Notes under the pieces: generated by a model | What the model was told of the DNA's origin: nothing | Seen by the model: only the letters and a program-made list of their open reading frames with translations | The model's database searches: none | Made by a program: the position numbers and the translations under genes | Origin: Okeania sp. | GTDB taxonomy: Bacteria > Cyanobacteriota > Cyanobacteriia > Cyanobacteriales > Microcoleaceae | Length of the DNA: 24,434 nucleotides | Reading direction: 5' to 3' | Assembly: GCF_035285525.1 (NCBI RefSeq) | Contig: NZ_JAYKGW010000041.1 | Coordinates: 1 to 24,434 of the forward strand | Part shown: positions 8,855 to 19,032 of the stretch, in pieces | Layout of the letters: the number at the start of each line of letters is the position of its first letter | Numbering within the stretch: the first letter of the stretch is position 1

Positions 8855-10591
8855 CTACTTAATTAATAAATCTGACTCTGGTTTGACAAGAATATCCTGG
8901 AGAACCTGACCTAACTGAGCTACTTGTTCACCTATACCCTGTACTTGCTCTACTCCACCCACTACTTCTTCAAGTTGCTGTTTCAATTTATCTAAATAAC
9001 CCTCCAGAGGAACTATTACTTCTTGATCCACAGCCCCAGTTCCACCCCCCATATTGGCCTTCTGCTTTTCCCTCAAATTCAACTCTAACTGCTCAATTTC
9101 ATTTCTTTTAACTTCTTGTTGCTGAGTTTGCTTATTAATTAAATCTTCTTTTTGGCCAATTTCAGTTTGTATTTGTTCAATTTCAGCCTCTAACTTTTGT
9201 AACTCTTCTGTCAATTGTTGTTTGTGACTCTCAATTTGTAAAAGTATAGGCTCTATATTTGCTTTATTTGGTTTTTCTTGAGCAGAAGAATTACCCAATC
9301 TACTCCAAAGAACTGTTTGATGCTGATTTAATATTTCTTCTCTTTCCTTAAGATTTCTTTGAGAACCTACCAAAGACTCACTTAACATTCTATAACGGTC
9401 TCTCTCATCAGAAAGTTCTGAGTTCAAGCTAATCCTGTCATACTCACTAGCTTTATCAATTCTTCTTTGCAAAGCATCCATTTCTTCCTGTTGTAAAGCC
9501 AATTCCTCTTCCTGATCTTTCACAAAACTCATATCCCTTTGTAAATCTTGTTGCAAACCTTGTACCAATTCCTCTAACTCATTAAGAGGCATTTTTTGCA
9601 AAGCTTCAACATCTACTTTGTTCGTAATACCATCATTCTGCAATGATTTGACCAAATCCCTCAGTTGCTCATAAACTTGCTTTTGTGTCTTAATTTGATC
9701 GTTTAACTTTTGAGTATAGTCTTGCTTACTAGCCAAGAGAATTCGTTGCCCTTTCAATTCCGCAGTAATTTTGGCCAAAGATTCCCAATTTTGTCGCCAT
9801 TCTACCCATTTGTTTTGGACATGATTATTCAAACTGTCTATCTCTTCCTGCTGTGTGTTAGAATCTTGATTACCTGTATTTTGCCACTGCTTTCTATGTT
9901 GTTCTAGAGTTTCTTTTTGATTAGTAACTATTTCTAAGGATTGACTTAACTTTTCTCCCAGAGAATTGGTTGGAGTTATTGCTTCATTCAACCAATTCAA
10001 TATATCTTTTATATATTGAGATTGTTCAGGATTTAAAACAGAGCCTTGACTTAATTCTCCTTTATATTTCTCAAATTCCTCTTTTTGCTTTTCTAATTCT
10101 AAGCGTTCTGCCTCTAACTCTTTTTTAATTTGCCCCATCTGTTGCTGGAGTTGATGAGATTCCTGACGTTGCTGCTCCAAATTATCAATTTCAGCTTGTA
10201 GCTTTTCAAGCTCTTCCTCCTTAGCCTGTAAATCTATTTCTCGACGATTCAGTTCATGGGCTTGAAAAGTAAGAGAAGCTTTCCATTGCTCTATCTCTTC
10301 CCATTGTGTTTTGGACTTTTCTTGGGACCGAGAGAAATTTTGGAGAATTTTTACTAACTGACGTGCAGCATCTTGAATCTGCTGCACCTGCTTATTGTTA
10401 TTCAAGTCTACTAGCACCAATGCACCAGGAGAAAATTCCTTAGCTTCATCAGCCGGAATAACTTCTTCACCTGGTACAGCAGTCCAATTGTGTTCACCGC
10501 GCTGACAGGCTAGTAACTTCAAATCAGTTCTACCACCACCAAGACCACCAAAACCTATTGGCCTTCTTTGTACTTCTGCTAAATATAGCAC
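8855..10591 (-). CDS. hmpF: Coiled-coil type IV pilus motility/taxis protein HmpF
   Basis: 578 aa. It has the conserved N-terminal globular part MLYLAEVQ...LKLLACQR...WTAVPGEEVIPADEA followed by ~480 aa of Q/E/K/L-rich heptad-like coiled coil. It is divergent from the hmpA-E cluster, matching the arrangement described for the Nostoc punctiforme hmp locus. Confidence 0.75.
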   Translation of the reverse strand: MLYLAEVQRRPIGFGGLGGGRTDLKLLACQRGEHNWTAVPGEEVIPADEAKEFSPGALVLVDLNNNKQVQQIQDAARQLVKILQNFSRSQEKSKTQWEEIEQWKASLTFQAHELNRREIDLQAKEEELEKLQAEIDNLEQQRQESHQLQQQMGQIKKELEAERLELEKQKEEFEKYKGELSQGSVLNPEQSQYIKDILNWLNEAITPTNSLGEKLSQSLEIVTNQKETLEQHRKQWQNTGNQDSNTQQEEIDSLNNHVQNKWVEWRQNWESLAKITAELKGQRILLASKQDYTQKLNDQIKTQKQVYEQLRDLVKSLQNDGITNKVDVEALQKMPLNELEELVQGLQQDLQRDMSFVKDQEEELALQQEEMDALQRRIDKASEYDRISLNSELSDERDRYRMLSESLVGSQRNLKEREEILNQHQTVLWSRLGNSSAQEKPNKANIEPILLQIESHKQQLTEELQKLEAEIEQIQTEIGQKEDLINKQTQQQEVKRNEIEQLELNLREKQKANMGGGTGAVDQEVIVPLEGYLDKLKQQLEEVVGGVEQVQGIGEQVAQLGQVLQDILVKPESDLLIK

Positions 10592-11350
10592 ACTGTTATC
10601 CTCTTGAAGTATCTATGCTACAAAGATTAATTTTTATAATTTATTGTTTTTTATGTTACCACTCTGAGCCGCAACAATAACTATGTTAATCTGAATATCA
10701 GGAATTAAGAATATTATTCAACCTTGGTTCTGGAATGAATTTTACATATATTTAAGCGGAACCAAGTATATTTCTTTATTTATTTTAACCAAAATACTAT
10801 ATTTAATAAGTACCGAGTTACTTTTATTTTTTAGGAATTTGGAGCAAAAGTTATAGATATAATCTCTGAATTAAACACTTTAATTCATTATTTTGGTAGA
10901 GTTATTAAAATTTAGTATTCAATTGAAATTCCCAATCAAGAGAATGTTATAACTATGACCAAAATAATCAAATAATGATAATATAACATACTATAGTATA
11001 AAATATTATTTGTACAAGAACAAACTATGAGAAATTATAGCAGAGCATATTTACAACCATCATTAGGAAATGCGGGTTTTCATGTATCTGATAATTTGAC
11101 CAACTAGAATAATTCTGAAGACAAATAATAAAAATTAAGAATCATTATCTGCAAATGTCTATTCTAGTCCCAAAATCAATAAGCGTTTAATTTTAGTGAT
11201 ATAATTCTCCTAAGTTAGACAGAAATACCTTATGCTTATGATATGTAAATATTCTATCCTAAAAATAACCAGGAATCTTAGTCTTTCCTATATTTCCTAT
11301 ATACATATCTACATTATTATTTTTCATCAAAAATTTATTTTACAAGCTGC

Positions 11351-12517
11351 ATGCAGGGAAATTTAAGTGAAATTGATATCCGCAGCATCCTGCAACTGAT
11401 AGACTTAGGTCAGCGAACTGGTGAACTGTTTGTTAAGGCCTACAGTTCCACAGTTAGCAGTAATATTGCTGAACCCCAGCAGCACTTTCCTAAAGAACCA
11501 TCTTGGTTTGTATTTTTTATGAGTGGTCAGATTATCTATGCTACCCCAAGTGCAGGTAGTTTATCCCGTTTAAGAGACTACTTACATCGGTATAAAGCAG
11601 ATCGATATCTTGACACAATTAAAGTTCCTTTTGTTGGCTCTGTCAATGCACCTGAGTATGGATATTTATGGGCTTTGCTAGAAAAAGGAATTCTGACACC
11701 AGAGCAGGGACGAAGCATTATCCATAATATGGTTCGTGAAACTCTATTTGAATTACTAAGTCTCCGTCGAGGAGCGTTCATCTTTGAAGTTGGCCCAGCT
11801 CTCGCACCTCAGCTCACAACCTTAGAAGTTAGCTCATTACTGGCCAAAATTATCCAGCAAATACAAGAATGGAATCAGTTTTCTCCTTATATTCAATCTG
11901 CTGAACAGTGTCCAGTAATTTCTGATCCAGCCCAGTTAAAAAAAGCATTAAAGCCAAACATATATAATATTTTAAGTCATTGGTCAGACGGTCAAACATC
12001 GATCCGGCAAATAGCTAGATATCTAAATAGAGATATATTAACAGTAGCTAAGGCGATTTATCCTTTTGTGCAAAAAGGGATAGTGCAATTACTCGATCAA
12101 TGTTCAAAAACCAGCATGGTCAAAAAACCAAAGTCATGGCAAGGAAAAACCAAAATTCCCAAAAAAGTAGTATGTATTGATGATGATTTAATTGTTCAGG
12201 AAAAAGTTAAGTCAATTCTTAATCCTCATGGTTATGAAGTAAGTACTCTTAGCGATCCCCTCAAAGCATTAGGTGAAGTATTTCAAATTAAACCAGACTT
12301 AATTTTATGTGACATTGCTATGCCTGAACTAGATGGTTATGAGATTTGTGCGATGTTGCGTAACTCCACACTATTTCATCAGACCCCTATTATTATGCTT
12401 ACTGGTATGGAAGGGTTTATAGATAGGGTTAAGGCCAGAATAGTTGGAGCTACACACTACTTGACTAAACCTTTTGGAGAAAGTGAATTACTAATGTTGC
12501 TCGAAAAGTATATTTGA
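11351..12517 (+). CDS. hmpA: PatA/PilG-type response regulator (N-terminal PATAN/DUF4388-like domain plus C-terminal receiver)
   Basis: 388 aa. The N-terminus GNLSEIDIRSILQLIDLGQRTGELFV is typical of PatA-type proteins. The C-terminal REC has CIDDD, LILCDIAMPELDGYE and YLTKPF. Confidence 0.8.
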   Translation: MQGNLSEIDIRSILQLIDLGQRTGELFVKAYSSTVSSNIAEPQQHFPKEPSWFVFFMSGQIIYATPSAGSLSRLRDYLHRYKADRYLDTIKVPFVGSVNAPEYGYLWALLEKGILTPEQGRSIIHNMVRETLFELLSLRRGAFIFEVGPALAPQLTTLEVSSLLAKIIQQIQEWNQFSPYIQSAEQCPVISDPAQLKKALKPNIYNILSHWSDGQTSIRQIARYLNRDILTVAKAIYPFVQKGIVQLLDQCSKTSMVKKPKSWQGKTKIPKKVVCIDDDLIVQEKVKSILNPHGYEVSTLSDPLKALGEVFQIKPDLILCDIAMPELDGYEICAMLRNSTLFHQTPIIMLTGMEGFIDRVKARIVGATHYLTKPFGESELLMLLEKYI

Positions 12518-12688
12518 ACAGGATTACAAAATTCTCAAGTTTACATAATGTTGTCAAAAAATCAAGAAACTTAGGATGCTTTATATAAACCAGTTATGAC
12601 AATAGTTTTTTGTAGTTGACTAATTTACGACAATATTATCTTAATTTATAATCTAATTAGGCTTTGCTGAAAAAGTATTTTTGCATTT

Positions 12689-12900
12689 GGTAGGGAGTAG
12701 TGAAGATTTAGGATAAGCGAGGAGTTGTTGCAGAGGTGGTCATTTAGAATTAATTCCTTTGATTTTTCTGCCATAGCTAGCCTTTAATGCTAACTCTTTG
12801 AACCTCAAAAACCTAAAAGCTAACTTTTTTCATACTCAAATTTAGCTTTTGGCTGTCAAGGTTTTAAAATTTAATCAACAAACCCTAATTAGTCGAGTAG
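12689..12900. repeat. Dispersed non-coding element (family C), copy 2, inside the hmpA-hmpB gap
   Basis: See 8464-8712. It contains the perfect 9-bp inverted repeat AAAAGCTAA...TTAGCTTTT. Confidence 0.5.
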
Positions 12901-13414
12901 TTAGCTGAAAAGTATAGTCAAGTCTTTAAATATTTAATCTTCAAGTGGACTTTGCCATTGGTAATTGCTAAGATGATCATTAGTATTGGGGAAAAAATCC
13001 TTGGTTACTCTAGTTAACTATTGGCAACTATTATGAAGAGATGATAAGTAAGATCAAAACCTTTGATAATAAGCTTTTCAGTCAACTTCTCTCCCGGAAA
13101 AATTAGCTGCCAAGATGGGCTATGATTGTTACAATTTAGTTGAGGATTACTGTATATTCTGTTTAAGTCTGAACTGATACCTACAGCTAAAATATTAATT
13201 TAGTAAGTTAAGTGCGCAAAAATACTTAATAATAATTAATACTGCTATTATAAAAAAGAGTGACTACCTATTATGTATATTTAATCAAACCAATACCTAT
13301 GCAATTGATATATGACATAAGCCAAAAAACCAACTTACTTATGGCTTATGAAAATTCTAATCAATACCTATATTTTAACTATCAATTTTAAATCCAAGCT
13401 ATCAGGTAAAAAAA

Positions 13415-13780
13415 ATGAGCAAAGTTTTAGTTGTAGAAGATAGCGTTACTCAAAGAGAAATGATATCACAACTTCTGAAAAATAGCGGATTAGCAGTTAC
13501 TGTTGCTAATGATGGAGTAGAAGCTTTGGGACGACTAAAAAATACTAAACCCGATATAGTGGTATTAGATATTGTCATGCCCAGAATGAATGGCTATGAA
13601 GTTTGTAGGAGGATCAAATCTGATCCTCAAACTAAGGATATTCCAGTTGTTATGTGTTCTTCCAAGGGAGAAGAATTTGACCGTTACTGGGGTTTAAAGC
13701 AAGGGGCAGATGCCTACATTGCCAAACCATTTCAGCCCACAGAACTTGTGGGAACAGTTAAACAATTGTTAAGACGCTAA
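13415..13780 (+). CDS. hmpB: Single-domain CheY-like response regulator (PilH type)
   Basis: 121 aa. Motifs VLVVEDS, VVLDIVMPRMNGYE, CSSKG and YIAKPF give a complete receiver-domain signature. Confidence 0.85.
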   Translation: MSKVLVVEDSVTQREMISQLLKNSGLAVTVANDGVEALGRLKNTKPDIVVLDIVMPRMNGYEVCRRIKSDPQTKDIPVVMCSSKGEEFDRYWGLKQGADAYIAKPFQPTELVGTVKQLLRR

Positions 13781-13792
13781 GTTTAAGAATCT

Positions 13793-14311
13793 ATGGTAGG
13801 CAATGAAGAATTTTTACCAGGCCAAGGTACAGGAATCCAAGAATTAGAAAATCCTGAAGGTGAACAACATTTGCGATTTTATTTACCCTCTGGTAATGAG
13901 TTTGCTCTACTAGCAACAGATATACGAGAAGTGATTTATCAATCTCCAGAAGGTATTACAGCTATTCCCAATGTCTCTTCCTTACTTTTAGGTACCATAA
14001 ATGTTAGGGGAAGAGTTATTTGGGTAGCTGATTTAGCTCAATTTCTTGGAGACCCAATCCCAGTAAATACCGATCAACCAGAGATTAAAATAATAGCAGT
14101 AGAAGATCAAGACACTATATTAGGACTAGCAGTTGAACGAATTGTGGGAATGCAGTGGCTTGATGAAAAGAAACTGAAAATGTCCACCGATGTTCCAGAT
14201 GGTATGGCTCCTTTCTTACGAGGAGAGTGGGTTTTTGATAAGAAGGGAGAACAAGTTCTCAGGCTACTGGATCAAGAAGCAATTATTCGCTCGGCTCGAT
14301 GGGCAGCCTAA
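13793..14311 (+). CDS. hmpC: CheW-like coupling protein (PilI type)
   Basis: 172 aa with a single CheW domain (LRFYLPSGNEFALLATDIREVI...LLLGTINVRGRVIWVADLAQFLG). It starts 12 nt after hmpB. Confidence 0.85.
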   Translation: MVGNEEFLPGQGTGIQELENPEGEQHLRFYLPSGNEFALLATDIREVIYQSPEGITAIPNVSSLLLGTINVRGRVIWVADLAQFLGDPIPVNTDQPEIKIIAVEDQDTILGLAVERIVGMQWLDEKKLKMSTDVPDGMAPFLRGEWVFDKKGEQVLRLLDQEAIIRSARWAA

Positions 14312-14314
14312 AAA

Positions 14315-14409
14315 GGACGTTTTCCGCCCTTGAGCGGACATGAAACGCTACGCGACATGGAAAGCGGAGCATTCCGTCAGGAAATCGCATTTTTGCCTGT
14401 GCAACGTCC
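14315..14409. repeat. GC-rich interspersed element bounded by GGACGTT/AACGTCC inverted repeats
   Basis: The core CGCGACATGGAAAGCGGAGCATTCCGTCAGGAAATCGCA recurs at about 19828-19866 (same orientation) and about 20133-20175 (inverted). It is conspicuously more GC-rich than its surroundings. Confidence 0.65.
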
Positions 14410-14563
14410 GTAGGGTTGATAAGTCAACATAATTATTTGACTCAGTTGTCTATAATATTTAAGATTTCTGAGTAAGGCTGATTCCCAATTCCTAATTCTG
14501 TTAATGATAAAATTCAAAAACTAAAAATAAATAATATTATTATTCTTGAGAGAGGGACAGCAA

Positions 14564-17500
14564 ATGACGTCATCCAGCACAGATTTTTTACAAGATTATC
14601 ACAAGGTAGAAGATGCCTACAGTCAGGGCAATTATGAAGAAGCAGCAACTTTAGTTTACAATTTAATTCAGGATTATCCAGAAAACCCTAGTTCTCGGCT
14701 CCTTTGTGGTCATATATATTGCTATGGACTTCATCAGTATGATGTGGCCAAAGAACAATATCAGTTAGTTTTTGACCTTAGTGATGATCCAGAACTGTTG
14801 GAATATGCTCGACAAGGTATAAGTGATAGTGAGCAATTTATTAGAGATTATTCAGTTACCTCTGATGAATCTCCAGAAATTCTAGACGATATTAACCTTG
14901 ATGATTATCAAGATGAAGAGTTTTTAGAAGGACAAATTTCTAGGGAGATGGAAGCGATCGCAGAGCAAAATGATCTAGAATTAGATGAAAAAGACCAAGA
15001 AGACATTACAGACCCAGAACTAATTCTCAATGAAAATATTCTAGAATTAGATGCTAATGAGTTAGAAAATTTCAGAGATTCAGAACTAATTCTCAATAAA
15101 AATGCTCTAGAATTAGATGCCAATGACCTAGAGAATATTGCCGACTCAGAACTAATTCTCAATGAAAATTCTCTAGAACTAGATATGGAAGACCTAGAAA
15201 ATATTAGAGATTCAGAACTAATTCTCAATGAAAATACTTTAGAATTAACAGAAGAAAACTCCGGAGAAAATTTGCATCTAGGGAAATTAGAGTTAGAAAA
15301 AATAAATGATTTAGAATTAACAGATGAAGATGATAATCCTTTCACCAAAAATGGTAGTTTCTATAAAGATGAATATTTAGAAGATTTAGAAGATTTGACA
15401 CAATCTGACAATAATATTATAGATAACCAAGAAATAAAAAAACAGTTGCCCATAGAAAATGGTCAAGTATTTACTAATGGAACCAAGCAAAAATTAACAG
15501 ATAATGTAGTTTTAAATGGTAAAAATAGTGAATCTTTAGAAGATATACCTGATTTTACTTTAGCCGCAGAACTAGATGAAATATGGAAAAAACAACAAGA
15601 AGAATTGTTAAAAGAAGAAGAAATGTCTGAAAGTCAAATCTTGGAATATGAAGACATTAAAAATAGTAAAACTACCCAAAATGTTAACCAAGGTTATCAA
15701 AAAGAAGAGTTAGACTTAGACTTATTAAATGAAGACTTTGAGAATGTAATAGATGAAATATTAGATAGTTCTGAGGAAACAAATAATATAAAAAATGAAG
15801 GGACAGAAAATAAAAACTCTAGCCGTAATTTTTCAGAGACATCAGATATAGATGAAGCCACTTTGCTAATGGAAAATAAAAATAATCATTTCAAGGGGGG
15901 AAAAATTAGAGGTAAACAAGTTGAAATAGGAGATGAATTATATAAAGAATGGGAGCAAAGAGAAGAGAAGAGTGAAGAAGTAGTGGAAGAACTAGATAGT
16001 TTTGACATGAATGAATTTGACGAAGCAGCATTTAGCCAAGCTTTTAATCTGGATCAAGAAGAAAATGGAGATCAAAAAGCTAATGGTTTTCTAGAAGATG
16101 ATGAATTTGGTAATTTTGAAGACTATGCTTCTCTGACTGAAGGAATAGAAGAGGTGTCAACTGATATGACCACTCCTGAAATAGAGGTAGTAGGATCAAA
16201 TTTAGAACCAATGGATACAGGAATGGTTATGGGGGCTACAACAGGAGCTTTGTTTGATAATAAGGCTGATGGTAGCGCGATTGATAATGAAGAAGCTATA
16301 CCAATAGTAGATCATCAACTCCCTACATTTAGCAAAATTAAAGGAGAAGAAGTAGATACAAGTGTAATGGTTGAACAGGGTGGACTAGCTTTTTGGGAAA
16401 ATGCTTCCCTGTATACAAAACAACTATACACAGCCATAGGAACAATGATAGTATCTTTCATTGCAGTAGCTTCTGTGAGTTATACAGTTTCTTTGACTTC
16501 TTCCCAAGAAGAAAAAACAGAGGTAGTTTCTGATTTGCGGCGGACTGGTTGGATAATGACAGCCGTAGCAGGAATAAGCAGCGGTTTAACTGCTTATGGT
16601 CTTGGACGGATAACTGCAAAGCAAATAGAAAGAGCAAACAAAGACTTAAATACTCAATTTGATATCATTTGTGATGGTAATTTAAAGGCGATAGCGACAG
16701 TGTACTCAGAGGATGAGTTTGGTAAGTTGGCTGCTAAGTTTAATCATACGGCTAAAGTAATTCAAGCAACTTATATGGATGCTCAAAGAAAAGCAGAAGA
16801 AAATGAGCAGGCAAAAGAAGATTTACAACGACAAGTAATTCGCTTACTAGATGATGTAGAAGGGGCAGCTCGTGGAGATTTGACTGTGAGTGCTGAGGTT
16901 ACAGCTAATGTTTTAGGGGCAGTTGCAGATTCGTTTAATTTGATTATTCAAAATTTGCGGGAAATTGTGCATCAGGTAAAGGAGGCTGCCCAAAGGGTGA
17001 GTAGGGGGTCTATGGATAGTGCGACGTTTGCTCAAGGTTTATCTACAGATGCTTTGCGACAAGCAGAAGAGTTGGCAGCAACTCTACAGTCTGTACAAGT
17101 GATGACTGATGCTATTCAACGGGTAGCTAATAATGCTCGTGAAACAGAAGATGTAGCTCGTTCAGCGGCAGCTTTGGCATTGAAAGGAGGGGAAACGGTA
17201 GACCGTACTGTAGCTGGTATTCTCCAAATTAGAGAAGGTGTGGCAGATGCAACTCGAAGGGTGAAACGTTTATCAGAATTTACTCAGGAAATTTCTAAGA
17301 TTGTCGGTTCAATTTCTGCGATTGCTTCTCGGACAAATTTGTTGGCATTGAATGCTAGTATTGAGGCAGCTAGAGCGGGAGAAGCGGGTAAAGGATTTGC
17401 TGTGGTAGCGGATGAAGTTCGACAGTTAGCGGATAAGTCAGCTAAAGAATCTAAGAATATTGAACATACTGTTATGCAAATCCAGACTGAGACGGGAGGG

Positions 17501-17818
17501 GTAATGACTGGAATGGAGGAAGCAACTCAGCATGTTATTAAGGGAACGGCTTTGGCAGAAGAGGCGAAGCAATCTCTGGAAGATATTGTGCAAGTTACAA
17601 CTAGAATTGATGTTTTAGTACGTTCTATTGCTGCGGATACAGTGGAACAAAATGAAGTAGCTCAATCGGTATCGAAAGTAATGCAGGGAGTGGAAATGAC
17701 GGCTCAAGAAACTTCTCAGGAATCTCAACGAGTTTATAGTTCTCTCCAGAATTTGGTGGGTGTTGCTCGTGATTTGTTGACTTCGGTAGAGCGTTTCCGG
17801 GTAGATCCAGCAGAGTAA
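14564..17818 (+). CDS. hmpD: Methyl-accepting chemotaxis protein (PilJ type) with a very long acidic N-terminal cytoplasmic region
   Basis: The C-terminal MCP signalling domain has the invariant [39 protein letters not shown]-like segment follows two TM helices (about 16421-16490 and 16546-16610), which are separated by only ~19 aa. The ORF track starts at TTG 14546. I prefer ATG 14564, preceded by the GAGAGAGGGA Shine-Dalgarno-like sequence. Confidence 0.9.
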   Translation: MTSSSTDFLQDYHKVEDAYSQGNYEEAATLVYNLIQDYPENPSSRLLCGHIYCYGLHQYDVAKEQYQLVFDLSDDPELLEYARQGISDSEQFIRDYSVTSDESPEILDDINLDDYQDEEFLEGQISREMEAIAEQNDLELDEKDQEDITDPELILNENILELDANELENFRDSELILNKNALELDANDLENIADSELILNENSLELDMEDLENIRDSELILNENTLELTEENSGENLHLGKLELEKINDLELTDEDDNPFTKNGSFYKDEYLEDLEDLTQSDNNIIDNQEIKKQLPIENGQVFTNGTKQKLTDNVVLNGKNSESLEDIPDFTLAAELDEIWKKQQEELLKEEEMSESQILEYEDIKNSKTTQNVNQGYQKEELDLDLLNEDFENVIDEILDSSEETNNIKNEGTENKNSSRNFSETSDIDEATLLMENKNNHFKGGKIRGKQVEIGDELYKEWEQREEKSEEVVEELDSFDMNEFDEAAFSQAFNLDQEENGDQKANGFLEDDEFGNFEDYASLTEGIEEVSTDMTTPEIEVVGSNLEPMDTGMVMGATTGALFDNKADGSAIDNEEAIPIVDHQLPTFSKIKGEEVDTSVMVEQGGLAFWENASLYTKQLYTAIGTMIVSFIAVASVSYTVSLTSSQEEKTEVVSDLRRTGWIMTAVAGISSGLTAYGLGRITAKQIERANKDLNTQFDIICDGNLKAIATVYSEDEFGKLAAKFNHTAKVIQATYMDAQRKAEENEQAKEDLQRQVIRLLDDVEGAARGDLTVSAEVTANVLGAVADSFNLIIQNLREIVHQVKEAAQRVSRGSMDSATFAQGLSTDALRQAEELAATLQSVQVMTDAIQRVANNARETEDVARSAAALALKGGETVDRTVAGILQIREGVADATRRVKRLSEFTQEISKIVGSISAIASRTNLLALNASIEAARAGEAGKGFAVVADEVRQLADKSAKESKNIEHTVMQIQTETGGVMTGMEEATQHVIKGTALAEEAKQSLEDIVQVTTRIDVLVRSIAADTVEQNEVAQSVSKVMQGVEMTAQETSQESQRVYSSLQNLVGVARDLLTSVERFRVDPAE
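15011..15250 (+). repeat. In-frame 66-bp (22-aa) tandem repeat, ~3.6 copies, inside hmpD
   Basis: Units start at 15011, 15077, 15143 and 15209. The peptide unit is D[PS]ELILN[EK]N.LELD..[DE]LEN[FI]. Confidence 0.9.
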
Positions 17819-18050
17819 TGAAGTAAGGATTTTTAATGTGATGTCCAATTTTCTAGGTTTTTCACTCTTCCTGAAATAGCTAACACTAGAAAAGATACAT
17901 TGCAGAAACTTAAGTACAGGACAAAAATTTTAAAACCTTATGAAAATTAGCTATATTGCTAGGGTTGAAAATCAAAAACCTAGTAAATTAATTGCACCAC
18001 AAAACAGCTTTATTTTTAGTTCAAAACTTTGATGTAATTTTGCTTCCCAA

Positions 18051-18161
18051 TAGACATCTCCAAAAACAAAAAATTAAATCAATTATCTAACATAAATCAT
18101 CTATTCTTTCCGCCTACTCCCAGCTCCCTACTCCCTATTCCCTCTTTTCTGGAGATGTCTA
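18051..18161. mobile_element. MITE, TAGACATCTCC family, copy 3 (111 bp)
   Basis: Perfect 11-bp TIRs TAGACATCTCC / GGAGATGTCTA. It abuts the 5' truncation point of the tnpB remnant. Confidence 0.8.
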
Positions 18162-18641
18162 ATGCATGAAGTTTTTGAGATGACAATCAAATCTAATAGA
18201 AAACTCAGAAGTAAGTCAGTCAGACAAATTTTAACTTTGGCACATTATAGGTTTGAACAATTCTTAAAACATAAAACTTACGAATACAACAAAGTTGTTT
18301 TGGATGTAAGTGGAGCCTATACTAGCAAAACAGTTGGTTGGACTGGCGACATTCTCAACAATTTAGGTGGGAAAAAAGTTGTTGTTGGTAGTAATGGATT
18401 TCGACTAGACCGCGACTTATAGCAATGCATGAGGATGGTGAGGTACACTTAACACCTACTGCAGTTCAGCCTTAGTTTGCTGTAACAACCACCGAAGGTT
18501 GTGTTACTAAAATTACTAAATAAAATTTTGTACCTCACGCGCGGGCGTGAAATTGCTGTAAATGGAGCGCGTGGAATCTTTATTAAAAGCTTGGTAGAAC
18601 ATCCTTCTATCACTTTGGGAGATACCCCCTCAGTAGGTTAA
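18162..18641 (+). pseudogene. tnpB: 3' remnant of an IS200/IS605-IS607-type tnpB (OrfB) gene, 5'-truncated and interrupted
   Basis: Translation RQILTLAHYRFEQFLKHKTYEYNKVVLDVSGAYTSKTVGWTGDILNNLGGKKVVVGSNGFRLDRDL, then stop. After a 141-bp insert it continues in the same frame as NGARGIFIKSLVEHPSITLGDTPSVG, then stop at 18639-18641. This matches the TnpB C-terminal layout (xAYTSKTC..CG...DRDxNGAxNI). Only about 110 of the expected ~400 aa are present. Confidence 0.7.
18420..18560. mobile_element. 141-bp MITE-like insertion splitting the DRD|NGARG (RuvC-III) motif of the tnpB remnant
   Basis: The ends are TAGCAAT...GTGAGGTACA (left) and TGTACCTCAC...ATTGCTGTA (right), forming imperfect inverted repeats. 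The inner arms GTGAGGTACA 18438-18447 and TGTACCTCAC 18529-18538 are perfect. There is an internal hairpin GTAACAACC..GGTTGTGTTAC. The boundaries are inferred from the interrupted protein motif. Confidence 0.55.
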
Positions 18642-18961
18642 TCTTACTCTGCATTGTTAATTTTTGTTAGCAATGCAGAGTATCGGTGTATCATTTCAGT
18701 TATCAGTACCTCTCTCTGGCTCTGTGCATTGGGATTGAAATACTGAATTGAAACTTTTTTCCCTGTAGAGGGACAGCTCGGGGCGCTGCCAAGGGGAGGC
18801 TTGAGACCTTATTTTTTGCTTGTCAATTTTTTAATTGACAAAATAGCTATTTTATGATAGCTGGAAATGGCGATCGCTATGCTAATAAAATGACTGAGGC
18901 TACCAAATGTAGTCATTTAATTTAAGAATGAAACACTTTTTCGGTTGAAATCCTGATCAAG

Positions 18962-18999
18962 GATGACAAGGAGGACAAGGTAGACAAGGTAGACAAGGA
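18962..18999. repeat. 9-mer tandem repeat GAKGACAAG x4
   Basis: GATGACAAG GAGGACAAG GTAGACAAG GTAGACAAG. It is the reverse complement of the CTTGTCYTC 9-mers at about 407-460. Confidence 0.85.
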
Positions 19000-19032
19000 T
19001 TTTTCTGTCTGCGTTTTATGTTAAGAAAGATG

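Noticed and set aside
10914-10933. AGTATTCAATTGAAATTCCC. On the minus strand this reads GGGAATTTCAATTGAATACT, loosely reminiscent of the GGGAATACT-type hormogonium sigma-factor promoter box as I recall it
   Set aside because: It is only a split, partial match recalled from memory, about 330 bp from the hmpF start, so I cannot support it without TSS data.
14908-15348. 146-aa antisense ORF inside hmpD
   Set aside because: It is kept open only by the 66-bp tandem repeats. It gives a serine-rich repetitive translation and lies entirely within a well-supported gene on the other strand.
18731-18754. GGGATTGAAAT...GAATTGAAAC, resembling the 3' end of cyanobacterial CRISPR repeats (…GGGATTGAAAC)
   Set aside because: There is no array of regularly spaced repeats and no cas genes in the window. 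The two half-matches are only 13 nt apart. It is more plausibly part of the IS right end next to the tnpB remnant.
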